From Candidatus Krumholzibacteriia bacterium (GTDB taxonomy: Bacteria; Krumholzibacteriota; Krumholzibacteriia; LZORAL124-64-63): a DNA stretch of 64,000 nt. A program made the position numbers and the translations under genes. Shown here piece by piece: positions 55,954 to 64,000 of this stretch. Positions within the stretch are counted from its first letter, which is position 1, and every line of letters begins with the position of its first letter. The stretch lies in NCBI GenBank assembly GCA_050174015.1, contig JBFXKG010000008.1, positions 138,378 to 202,377 of the forward strand. The letters run 5' to 3'. The notes under the pieces are model-generated. The model saw only the letters and a program-made list of their open reading frames with translations. It did no database searches and was not told the DNA's origin.

Positions 55954-56241
55954 ATGACCCCCCGAAGCCCGGACACGGCCGGAATCGAATACCCCTGCCG
56001 CTGGTCCTACAAGATGATCGGCCGCTGCGAGGACGCCCTGCGCGAAGCCGCCCTGAGCGGGGCCGGTCGCGTGCTGGGGAGTTCGGTCGGGGAGCGGGAT
56101 CTCGCCCTGGAGCCCGGCCGCAGGAGCGCCAAGGGGAATTACCACACTCTGCTGCTGACCCTGACCGTCTCCAGTCATCAGGAACGGGTGGACCTGTTCC
56201 GGATCCTGGGCGACGATCCCGCCGTCCTCATGATCATCTGA
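55954..56241 (+). CDS. DUF493/YbeD-like protein
   Basis: IEYPCRWSYKMIG and SAKGNYHTL; ends PAVLMII. Confidence 0.85.
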   Translation: MTPRSPDTAGIEYPCRWSYKMIGRCEDALREAALSGAGRVLGSSVGERDLALEPGRRSAKGNYHTLLLTLTVSSHQERVDLFRILGDDPAVLMII

Positions 56242-56263
56242 ATCTCCATCCCGAAAGGACGCC

Positions 56264-56620
56264 ATGAGCGGACGCCTGGAACGATTCCGCACCGAGCGGG
56301 AGCGCCTGAACGAGAGGGTTCTGGCTACGGCCACCCTGACCACCAAGCGGTTCTTCAACCTCGACACCAGCTGCTACCAGGACGGCGCGGTGCCGGCCCT
56401 GACCAAGGAGATGGCCGGGCTGTCGGCCTCCCTGGTGCTGCGGTGCGACGACTGCATCGCCTACCACGTCATCCGTTGCTGCGAGCTGGGGGCGACGGAG
56501 CAGGAGATCCTGGAGATCTTCGACGTGGGCCTGATCGTGGGCGGATCCATCGTGATCCCGCACCTCAGACGCGCCCGGGACCTGCTGGACGAGATCCTGG
56601 CCGAACGCGCGGGGGACTGA
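56264..56620 (+). CDS. Carboxymuconolactone decarboxylase/AhpD family protein
   Basis: KEMAGLSASLVLRCDDCIAYH and VGGSIVIPHLRRA. Confidence 0.9.
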   Translation: MSGRLERFRTERERLNERVLATATLTTKRFFNLDTSCYQDGAVPALTKEMAGLSASLVLRCDDCIAYHVIRCCELGATEQEILEIFDVGLIVGGSIVIPHLRRARDLLDEILAERAGD

Positions 56621-56640
56621 AGGCGCCGGACCGTCCCGGC

Positions 56641-58215
56641 TCAGGGACCTTGGGCCGGTTCGGCCAGGGCGGCGGCGGAGTCCACCGAATCGGGGGCCGC
56701 GCCGCCTGACCGGGGCACCAGCCTCGTGTACATCCGGTAGCGGTTGAGGATCTCCTCGACGTAGGCCACGGTCTCCGCCCCCCGGTAATATCCATACCGC
56801 AGGTTCTCGTAGTACTTGCGCTGCATGAGCAGGGGCAGGGTCTCGGCCAGGCCGCCCTCCCAGCGGTTGGGGTCGCGGCCGAGGTCCATGGCCAGGCGCC
56901 GGGCGTCGGTCACGTGGCCGTTGCCGGCATGGTATTCGGCGAGGGTGAACCGCCACCGGTCCAGGCTGTCGAGGTAGGCGTAACGGGAGTAGGTCTCCTG
57001 CATCAGCCGCAGCCCGGCCCGGAGGTTGGCGGCGGCCTCGAAGAGGGAATCCGCCTGGTCTCCGGCGAAACGCGGCAGGACCTGCATCAAGCCCTTGGCT
57101 CCGGCCTTGCTCCTTGCGAAGGGGTAGAAACGGGATTCCTGGTAGATCAGGGCCGCCACCATGCGCCAATCCAGGTCCAGGGTCTCGGTCCGGCTGCGGA
57201 TGAGGTCGTCGTAGGCGGAGATCCTCCCGCTCTTGTCCGGGCGGTGCTCGGGAGCCTGGAAGCCCCTGATGGTCACGGGATTCTCGAAGTAGCGGTCGTA
57301 GATGATCCCGTAGGTCTGGCTGCGGCGGGTCTCCCCGTCGGGTCCCACGCGGATGTGCTTCTTGAGGAAGGCGTTCAGGGCGGCGCGCAGCTCGGGCGAG
57401 TTGTGGCGGACCAGCCAGACCGTGGGCATGCGTTCGCCCACGGTGGGCCCCAGCTCGATGTCCGGCAGGTAGGACATGGCCGCCTTGGCCAGGACGTCGT
57501 CCACCACGACGGCGTCCAGCTCCCCGTTGGCCACTTCGGCCAGCAGGTCCTCGGCGTGGGCGCCGGGCAGGCCCGCCCCGACGAAGAAGTGGACGGTGGA
57601 TTCGTCCCGGAGGTCCAGCACCTTGCTGCGGAAGGGGTCTCCGTGGGGCAGGAAGACCTTCAGCCCCGCCAGCCCCGCCAGCCCCTCCCTGCGATCCTGG
57701 TCCCGCTGCCAGACGACCACCTTGTGGACGAAGTTGGTGGGGCGGGTCCACGTGACCCAGCTTTCGAGGCCGGGATCCAGCACCAGCCCCGTGGCCACCA
57801 CGTCCCCCTGGCCGCTGTTCAGCAGGGAGACGAGGTCCTCGCCCGGCTCTGGGACCACGGCCTGGAGGGCGAGGCCCTGTTCCTGGGCGAAACGCTTCAT
57901 CAACTCGTAATCGAACCCGGCCTGGCCGCCCTTGTGGATGAAGTAACCGCTGCTGTTGTACAGGGTGATCATCCGCAGGGTCCCCTGGTCCTGGAGGTCC
58001 TGCAGGTCGATCTGGACGGTGGGATGGGGCACGGCGGGCGTTCCGGTCACGCGATCCGGGTAACGTTCGTCGATGCGTTCCTGGCAACCGCCGAGGGCCA
58101 GGACCACGACGAGGGCAGCCCCGCCGCAGGCGCCTGCGCACAGTTTCGGGCCCCGCCGGGGGGCGCGGGCCGGAGCCTGGCGGTCGGGTGAGGTTGCCGG
58201 TTTTCGCGATACCAT
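56641..58215 (-). CDS. MltF-like lytic transglycosylase (substrate-binding domain plus SLT domain), lipoprotein
   Basis: Lipobox LGGC; GFDYEL; DWRMVAALIYQESRF, GAKGLMQV, YHAGNGHV and ETVAYV. Start uncertain. Confidence 0.88.
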   Translation of the reverse strand: MVSRKPATSPDRQAPARAPRRGPKLCAGACGGAALVVVLALGGCQERIDERYPDRVTGTPAVPHPTVQIDLQDLQDQGTLRMITLYNSSGYFIHKGGQAGFDYELMKRFAQEQGLALQAVVPEPGEDLVSLLNSGQGDVVATGLVLDPGLESWVTWTRPTNFVHKVVVWQRDQDRREGLAGLAGLKVFLPHGDPFRSKVLDLRDESTVHFFVGAGLPGAHAEDLLAEVANGELDAVVVDDVLAKAAMSYLPDIELGPTVGERMPTVWLVRHNSPELRAALNAFLKKHIRVGPDGETRRSQTYGIIYDRYFENPVTIRGFQAPEHRPDKSGRISAYDDLIRSRTETLDLDWRMVAALIYQESRFYPFARSKAGAKGLMQVLPRFAGDQADSLFEAAANLRAGLRLMQETYSRYAYLDSLDRWRFTLAEYHAGNGHVTDARRLAMDLGRDPNRWEGGLAETLPLLMQRKYYENLRYGYYRGAETVAYVEEILNRYRMYTRLVPRSGGAAPDSVDSAAALAEPAQGP

Positions 58216-58359
58216 GCGGGAATTCTCCTGCATTTTTCCGGATTTGGCAACCTGAGCCGCCGCCGGGGGTGGTTGATTGCGGCATGACAAACGCCTGCCG
58301 GTCCATTAGATTGGCAGCTTCCGGAACAGGTCCGGAGCGTTTCCGGTGGAGGTCCAGCC

Positions 58360-58674
58360 GTGGACGACGTCCGCACTTACACCGGCACCCTCATCCTGGA
58401 TCTGACCCTGCCTCACGCCCGGAGCCTCAAGGAACGGCGGGGTCCGCTGAGGTCGCTGATCCAGAAACTCCGCAACGAGGGGATGTGCGTCGCCCAGGTG
58501 GGGCCGCCCGACCTCCAGCAAAGAGCGTTCCTGGCCGTGGCCGTGGTCAGCGGTTCGAGCCGGCAGGTCGAAGATCTGCTGGATGGGGCCGAACGCCTGG
58601 TGTTCGCCTCCGGGTTCGAGGTCGGAGAGGTCAGGCGTCTGACCGGCCTGGAGACCTTTCCTTCCGGTTTCTGA
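58360..58674 (+). CDS. DUF503 family protein
   Basis: LPHARSLKERR...VAQV...DLQQRAFLAVAVVS; GGAGG RBS. Confidence 0.85.
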   Translation: MDDVRTYTGTLILDLTLPHARSLKERRGPLRSLIQKLRNEGMCVAQVGPPDLQQRAFLAVAVVSGSSRQVEDLLDGAERLVFASGFEVGEVRRLTGLETFPSGF

Positions 58675-58717
58675 TCCACCGTCCCGATCGGGCCCCACCG
58701 GGGCCGGAAGGATGCCC

Positions 58718-59356
58718 ATGCGTCTGATCGACCTCAGCCATACGATCGTTCCTGGGATGGCCCAGTGGCCTGGCGACGGCCAGCCCCTGGACATCATCCG
58801 GCACAGCGTCCACGGTCCCTCCAGCCACATGTCCAGCGCCCTGGCCCTGGGTTGCCACGTGGGCACCCACATCGACGCCCCCCTGCACTTCCGGGACGGT
58901 GAACCGGGGATCGACGCCCTGCCCCTGGCGGCGTTCTGGGGCCGGGCCGTCCGCCTGGAATGCGGGGATCCGGCCGAGCCGGGCCCCCTGGGACCCGAGG
59001 TCCTCGATGGAGTCGATCTGCAGGGCGTGGATTTCGTCCTGTTCGACACGGGCTGGGCAAGGTTCTGGGGTGACGGACGGTACTACCGGGAGTGGCCTTA
59101 CCTGGGCGAGGAACTGGCGGAGATCCTGGCTGCCGCCGAACTCAAGGGGGTGGGGCTGGACACGCCGAGCCTCGATCCCTTCGCCGGTCACCGCGCCCAC
59201 GACGTCTGCGCGGCGGCGGGCCTGATCAACCTCGAGAATCTGGCCAACCTGCGCAGCCTGCCGCGGGCCGGGTTCCTGATCATGGCGCTGCCCCTGAAAC
59301 TGCAGGGGACCGAGGCCTCGCCCGTCCGGGCGGTCGGAGTGCTGGAAACCCCCTGA
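58718..59356 (+). CDS. Cyclase family metal-dependent hydrolase (KynB-like)
   Basis: IDLSH, HVGTHIDAPLH, GLDTPSLD, ENL and ASPVRA. Confidence 0.92.
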   Translation: MRLIDLSHTIVPGMAQWPGDGQPLDIIRHSVHGPSSHMSSALALGCHVGTHIDAPLHFRDGEPGIDALPLAAFWGRAVRLECGDPAEPGPLGPEVLDGVDLQGVDFVLFDTGWARFWGDGRYYREWPYLGEELAEILAAAELKGVGLDTPSLDPFAGHRAHDVCAAAGLINLENLANLRSLPRAGFLIMALPLKLQGTEASPVRAVGVLETP

Positions 59357-59475
59357 TGCAGGGCGGTCGGCCCCTGTGGTATGATCGTTGTTCCCGACTC
59401 CCATCCGCCCGTCTTCCGGGGAATCACGGCTGACGGGCGGATGACTGCCTGTTCCCGGTTTCAGCAAGGATGGGG

Positions 59476-60285
59476 ATGTCCAGGAAGTCCAAAGGCACCG
59501 TCAACGAGGGCAACCCTGCCGGCCGGACCTACCGTCCGTCGCGGGCCATGGGGCTCTCGCGCGCCCTGATGAAGGCCGGTTACGGGACCCGGCGCCAGAC
59601 CGACGAGATCGTCCAGGTGGGAAGGGTCCAGGTCGACAAGAAGACCGTGTTCGACCCCCGGTCCCCCGTGGGCCCCGACAACGAGATCCTCCTGGACAAC
59701 GCCCCGCTGCTGCCGGTGGCCCGCCGTTACTACGCCATCCACAAGCCCCTGCGGGTCGTGTGCACCGCCGCCGATGGTCTCGGGCGCAAGCTGGTCGAGG
59801 CCTACTATCCCAAGGACGTGCCCGGCCTGCAGCCCGTCGGACGCATGGACGGCCGCACCACCGGCCTGCTGCTGATCTCCAACGACAGCGCCTGGAACAA
59901 TCTCATCAACCAGTCCCCGGGCCTGGAGCAGGAATACCGGATCCAGATCGAGGGCTACCTCTCCGAACCCGAGCTGGCCATCATCAGCGCGGGCGTCCAC
60001 CTGCCCAAGACCGGGCTCCTGAAACCCGAATCGGTCAAGGTCGTGGAGGAGATGAACAACCGCTGCGTGCTGACCCTGGTCATCCGCGACGGCAAGATCC
60101 GCCAGGTGCGCAAGATGTTCAGCACCCTGCGCCACAAGGTGACCATGCTGCGCCGGATCCGGGTGGGCGACATCCGGCTGGGCGACCTGTCCCCGGGTGA
60201 GATGCGCCCCCTGCAGGGGAAAGAGGTGGATCACATGAGGGCGGTGTGCCGGAAGGCCCTCGGAGACGATCCCCGGAAGGAATGA
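59476..60285 (+). CDS. RsuA/RluB-family pseudouridine synthase with S4 domain
   Basis: S4-like N-terminus; HKP, VGRMDGRTTGLLLISND, EY, GKIRQVRKM and LRRIRVG. Confidence 0.9.
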   Translation: MSRKSKGTVNEGNPAGRTYRPSRAMGLSRALMKAGYGTRRQTDEIVQVGRVQVDKKTVFDPRSPVGPDNEILLDNAPLLPVARRYYAIHKPLRVVCTAADGLGRKLVEAYYPKDVPGLQPVGRMDGRTTGLLLISNDSAWNNLINQSPGLEQEYRIQIEGYLSEPELAIISAGVHLPKTGLLKPESVKVVEEMNNRCVLTLVIRDGKIRQVRKMFSTLRHKVTMLRRIRVGDIRLGDLSPGEMRPLQGKEVDHMRAVCRKALGDDPRKE

Positions 60286-60289
60286 GTCC

Positions 60290-61183
60290 ATGGCTGGATC
60301 CCCGTCGCCCGCCCTGCTGGTCCCGCTCCTGCTGGTCCTCGCCCTGCTGGGCCTGGGAATCCAGACCTGGCGGCTCCGGCGGCGGTCCCGGGCCCTGCGG
60401 GCGGCGTTGCTGGCTCTGACCGAGCAGGAACCCGTGGCCATGCTGGGGCGCATCGCTGCCGGCGTGGCCCACGATCTCAAGACCCCGCTGGCCGCCCTCG
60501 CCTGCAGCCAGCAGACCCGGCAGCGGGCCCTGGCCCGCCTCGAGGAAGCCCTGGGAGATCCCCACCCGGCCGCGGACTGTCCCGACCGCAACGCCTGCCT
60601 GGCCGCCCTGAAGGCGACCGATCCCCAGGTCGCCGAGGCCCTCCAGCGGATGACCCAGATGGCCGAGACCATGCGCCTGAACGCAGCGGGCAGGAACGCC
60701 GCGCCCGAGCCTGTGGACGTGAACCAGCTGATCAGACGGACCCTGCTGCTGCTCGACCACCTGCTGAAACCGCGGATCACGGTCCGCTTCTCCGCGGGCG
60801 AGGTCCCCCCGGTCCACGGCCGGCCGGGGCCCCTGGGCCAGGTCTTCCTGAACCTCCTGCTGAACGCGGCGCAGGCGCTCGAAGGCGGCGGGACCATCGA
60901 CATCGCCACCAGGGTCCTGGGGGACGAGGTGGAGGTCAGGGTCGCCGACGACGGGCCGGGGCTGCCGGTGGACTGCGTCGACAGCCTGTTCAAGCCCGGG
61001 TTCACCACCAAGGATGCCCGGGGCGGGTCGGGTCTCGGCCTGGCCATCACCCGCATGGTCGTCGAGGACCACGGCGGCGCCGTCACCGCGGGGAACGGGC
61101 CCGCCGGCGGCGCGCAGTTCGTCGTCACCCTGTCGGTCCGGGGCCCAGGCCCGGCCGGACGGCATGGCCCGGGCGGGGAGTGA
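60290..61183 (+). CDS. Sensor histidine kinase (one TM helix, HisKA plus HATPase)
   Basis: AGVAHDLKTPL, QVFLNLLLNA, DDGPG, FTTK and GSGLGL. Confidence 0.93.
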   Translation: MAGSPSPALLVPLLLVLALLGLGIQTWRLRRRSRALRAALLALTEQEPVAMLGRIAAGVAHDLKTPLAALACSQQTRQRALARLEEALGDPHPAADCPDRNACLAALKATDPQVAEALQRMTQMAETMRLNAAGRNAAPEPVDVNQLIRRTLLLLDHLLKPRITVRFSAGEVPPVHGRPGPLGQVFLNLLLNAAQALEGGGTIDIATRVLGDEVEVRVADDGPGLPVDCVDSLFKPGFTTKDARGGSGLGLAITRMVVEDHGGAVTAGNGPAGGAQFVVTLSVRGPGPAGRHGPGGE

Positions 61184-61186
61184 GGA

Positions 61187-64000
61187 GTGGTCCTCCGCCG
61201 CCGTTTCCGCTTGCTCGACCTGCGCCCCGGGGAGGGCCGTCTGGCCGCCCTGATGGCCCTCGATTACTACCTGCTCCTGCTCTTCTACTACCTGCTGAAG
61301 CCGGCCCGGGATTCGCTCTTCCTGGTGGAGGTCGAACCCTCCCGGTTGCCCCTGGTCTACATGGCCACCGCCCTGGTGGCTGCGCCGGTCACGGCGGCCT
61401 ACGCCCGGGCGGGGATGAGGCGGCGGATGGACCGGCTCCTGCTGCTGACCACCACGTTCCTCTGCCTGTCCCTCGTCGCTCTGTGGTGGCTGGTGCAGCT
61501 GCCCCACCACTGGGTCTACTTCCTGCTCTACGTCTGGGTGGGAGTGGCCGGCGGCCTGACGACGAGCCAGTTCTGGCTCCTGGCCAACGGCATGTACGAC
61601 GCCGGCGAGGCCAAGCGGATCTTCCCCATCCTGAGCATCGGGGGCATCGCCGGCGCCTTCACGGGCGGGGAGGTGACCAGCTTCCTGATCGACGCCTGGA
61701 GCCTGGGAACCCGCGACCTCCTGCTGGTCAGCGCGGGGGTGCTGGCGGCGGCCGGATTCGCGGCCCGCGCCGCCTGGGGGCAGGGAGGGGGGATCCTGGA
61801 GCCGGCATCCGGCCCCGGCGGCGGGGATGCGGTCGGTTCGGGCAAAGGGAGCATCGTCCGCGCCATCCTGCGTTCGCGGCATCTGACCCTGACGGTCGGC
61901 ATCATCGCCCTGACGGTGATGACCGCCTCGTTCGTCGATTACATCTTCAAGTCGGTCAGCGTCCAGGCCTTCACCTCGGGGGAGGAGCTGACGGCCTTCC
62001 TGGGCCGGTTCTACGGCCGGATGAGCCTGCTCAGCTTCGCGGTGCAGATCCTGCTGGCCTCCCGCCTGCTGCGCTGGTTCGGAGCGGCGGGGATGGTCCT
62101 GATCCTGCCGGCGGTCCTGGCGGGAGGCGCCCTCGCCATGGCCGTGCTGCCGGGCCTGGGCGCCGCCATGATCCTGCGGGGCTCGGACATCACCCTCAAA
62201 TACAGTCTCGACAAGACCAGCCGCGAACTCCTGTTCCTGCCCATCCCTCTCGCCCTGAAGAAGCGGACCAAGGTCTTCATGGACATGTTCGTGGACCGCT
62301 GGGCCCGCGGCCTGGCCGGCGGTCTGCTTCTGATGCTGACCACTATCATGGGCTTCGGGTTGAGGACCGTCGCCTGGGTCACCGTCGGCCTGATCGCCGC
62401 CTGGTTCACGGTGGGGCTCTTCATCCGCCGTGAGTACCTGAATTCCTTCAGGGAGGCGGTCAGCCGCCGCCAGATCGATCTGGGGAACCTGCGGGTCCGC
62501 CTGGACGACACCGGGACCCTGGGCGTGCTGATCGGCGCCCTCGGCAGCCCGAACCACCGGGAGGTCCTGTACGCCCAGGAGATGCTGGACGGGGCGGTCT
62601 CGTCGCGGTTGGCGGAGGCCCTCAGACCCTTGCTGTCCCATCCCCATGCGGATGTCCGGCGGCGCGCCGTCGCCCTGCTGGCGCCCAACGCCGTCGAGGC
62701 GGACGCCGCCCTGGTGGAGCCGCTGATGCGGGACGGAAGCCTCGAGGTCCGGGAGGGAGCCGTCGAGTTCCTGGCGCTGGCCGCCGGGAGCGGAGGAGGC
62801 CGCGAGGCCTTCACCGCCAGGGTCGCCGGGATGCTGGGAGGAGAACCCTTGTGCCGGAACGCCGCCCTGGCCTTCATCGACCGGGTGCCCGGGGGAAGGG
62901 CGTACGATCCGCTGATCACCCGGTCCCTGGTCGGGGCGATCCTCGCCGACGCCTCGCCGTGGGGGCCGGAAGGACGCCGGGTTCTGGGGGGATTCTCCTG
63001 GCGGCCGGCCGCCTGCGACGACGGTGTCTTCGATACCCTCCTCGCCGACGCCGAGTCCCCGGTGGTGGAGGCCACGATCCGCGGCTGCGGGCGCCGCCAC
63101 GACCTGGCCCGGGTGCCCTGGCTGCTGGAGCAGCTGGGCCATCCCCAGCGGCGGACCCACGCCCGTTCGGCCCTGGCGGAGCTGGCCCGCAGCCATCCCG
63201 CGGTCATCGTCAGGATGGAGGCGTACTTCCGCGACCCCGGCGTGCCGGCCCGGTCCCGGGCGGAGATCCCGCGGGCCCTGGCCGCCGTGCCCCTGCAAGC
63301 GGGCGTGGACCTGCTCCTGGGACACCTGGCGACCCACGAGCCCGAGCTGAGATACGAGGTTCTGAAGGCCCTGGGCAAGCTGCGGGCGCGGTACCAGGGT
63401 CTGTTCTTCGACGGGAAGATCGTCACCCGGGAGGTGGCCATCGAGGCGGCCCGGTACCTGCAGCTTGCCAGGTTGTCGGCCCTGCTGCCCGGGGAAGGCG
63501 CGGGGGCCGCCCTGCTGGTCCGCGCCATCGGGGAGACGCAGCAGCTGCGGCTGGAGAGCGTGTTCCGCCTGCTGGGCCTTCTCTATCCCGCGAAGGACCT
63601 GCTGAACGCCTACCACGGACTGATGAGCGGCCGGCGCATCCTGCGGGCCAACTCCCGGGAGTTCCTGGACAACCTGTTGACCGGGTCCCACCGGGAGCTG
63701 GTGCGGTCCCTGCTGGACGAACAGCCCGTGACCGAGGCGTGGCTGGCGGCGGGCGTCGCCGGCGAAGTCGATCTGGACGTGAGCGTCCGGACGGAAGCCG
63801 AAGCCCTGGATTTCATCGGAGCCAGCTGCGACCCGTGGCTGGCGGCCTGCGCCATCGCGGCCGGGGGCGCGCCGGACAATCCGGCGGCCCGCTGTTACCT
63901 GATCCCGCTGGGGGGCGAGATGCTGTCGACCGACGAGAAAGTCCTGCTGCTCCAGAACGTGGAGCTGTTCGCCCGCATTCCCACCGACCAGCTGGCCGCG
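61187..64000 (+). CDS. Npt1/Npt2 (TLC/NTT) nucleotide-transporter-like protein fused to HEAT repeats and the start of a cyclic-nucleotide-binding domain; partial
   Basis: Not in the ORF track because it has no stop in the window; translated in part by hand. DLRPGEG, YYLLKPARDSLFL, QFWLLAN, AKRIFP, KYSLDKTSRELLFLP, HEAT-like helices; ends EKVLLLQNVELFARIP in the same frame. Confidence 0.88.
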   Translation, partial: MVLRRRFRLLDLRPGEGRLAALMALDYYLLLLFYYLLKPARDSLFLVEVEPSRLPLVYMATALVAAPVTAAYARAGMRRRMDRLLLLTTTFLCLSLVALWWLVQLPHHWVYFLLYVWVGVAGGLTTSQFWLLANGMYDAGEAKRIFPILSIGGIAGAFTGGEVTSFLIDAWSLGTRDLLLVSAGVLAAAGFAARAAWGQGGGILEPASGPGGGDAVGSGKGSIVRAILRSRHLTLTVGIIALTVMTASFVDYIFKSVSVQAFTSGEELTAFLGRFYGRMSLLSFAVQILLASRLLRWFGAAGMVLILPAVLAGGALAMAVLPGLGAAMILRGSDITLKYSLDKTSRELLFLPIPLALKKRTKVFMDMFVDRWARGLAGGLLLMLTTIMGFGLRTVAWVTVGLIAAWFTVGLFIRREYLNSFREAVSRRQIDLGNLRVRLDDTGTLGVLIGALGSPNHREVLYAQEMLDGAVSSRLAEALRPLLSHPHADVRRRAVALLAPNAVEADAALVEPLMRDGSLEVREGAVEFLALAAGSGGGREAFTARVAGMLGGEPLCRNAALAFIDRVPGGRAYDPLITRSLVGAILADASPWGPEGRRVLGGFSWRPAACDDGVFDTLLADAESPVVEATIRGCGRRHDLARVPWLLEQLGHPQRRTHARSALAELARSHPAVIVRMEAYFRDPGVPARSRAEIPRALAAVPLQAGVDLLLGHLATHEPELRYEVLKALGKLRARYQGLFFDGKIVTREVAIEAARYLQLARLSALLPGEGAGAALLVRAIGETQQLRLESVFRLLGLLYPAKDLLNAYHGLMSGRRILRANSREFLDNLLTGSHRELVRSLLDEQPVTEAWLAAGVAGEVDLDVSVRTEAEALDFIGASCDPWLAACAIAAGGAPDNPAARCYLIPLGGEMLSTDEKVLLLQNVELFARIPTDQLAA

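Noticed and set aside
59476..60285. Inactive pseudouridine synthase (GRMD instead of GRLD)
   Set aside because: The catalytic Asp is retained and the change is conservative.
60119..63691. 1190-aa minus-strand ORF and the 417-aa plus ORF at 61180
   Set aside because: Both are shadows. The real gene is the plus-strand frame from 61187 that runs off the window.
1..64000. CRISPR arrays, tRNA, rRNA or riboswitches
   Set aside because: I saw no regularly spaced short repeats or recognisable RNA gene signatures by eye. A covariance-model search (Infernal/Rfam, tRNAscan-SE) would be needed to exclude small RNAs in the longer intergenic regions.

Overview
High-GC bacterial chromosomal window from a diderm organism: it encodes lipoproteins, outer-membrane barrels and a Tat substrate. 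An FCB-group candidate phylum such as Krumholzibacteriota/Latescibacterota is a low-confidence guess, based only on a C-terminal protein motif. The first ~700 bp are visibly lower in GC and look like the edge of an acquired element. The core content is: an XRE regulator with a membrane protein; a coupled GAPDH pair in which one copy lacks the catalytic Cys; a fasciclin lipoprotein behind a CarH-like operator; a complete rnfABCDGE operon; MATE and NhaC-type transporters; an SGNH hydrolase / ABC / AttH-lipocalin cluster; the pyruvate dehydrogenase operon aceE-aceF-lpdA; a PrpD-family gene; two tandem ~1230-aa subtilisin lipoproteins sharing a near-identical 1.5-kb 3' module; an acpS-acsA-ACP-kbl cassette; assorted housekeeping genes; and a histidine kinase followed by a truncated NTT-transporter/HEAT/cNMP gene. 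The best candidates for undescribed biology are (1) a short C-terminal tag ([FWY]-[GE]-x-V-[KR]-x-L-F-[RK]) on unrelated exported proteins, possibly a sorting signal; (2) the carrier-protein-linked acetate/glycine cassette; (3) the GAPDH pseudo-enzyme pair; and (4) the swappable C-terminal module of the proteases. I saw no rRNA, tRNA, CRISPR array, transposase or reverse transcriptase. All family calls come from motif recognition by eye, not database searches.
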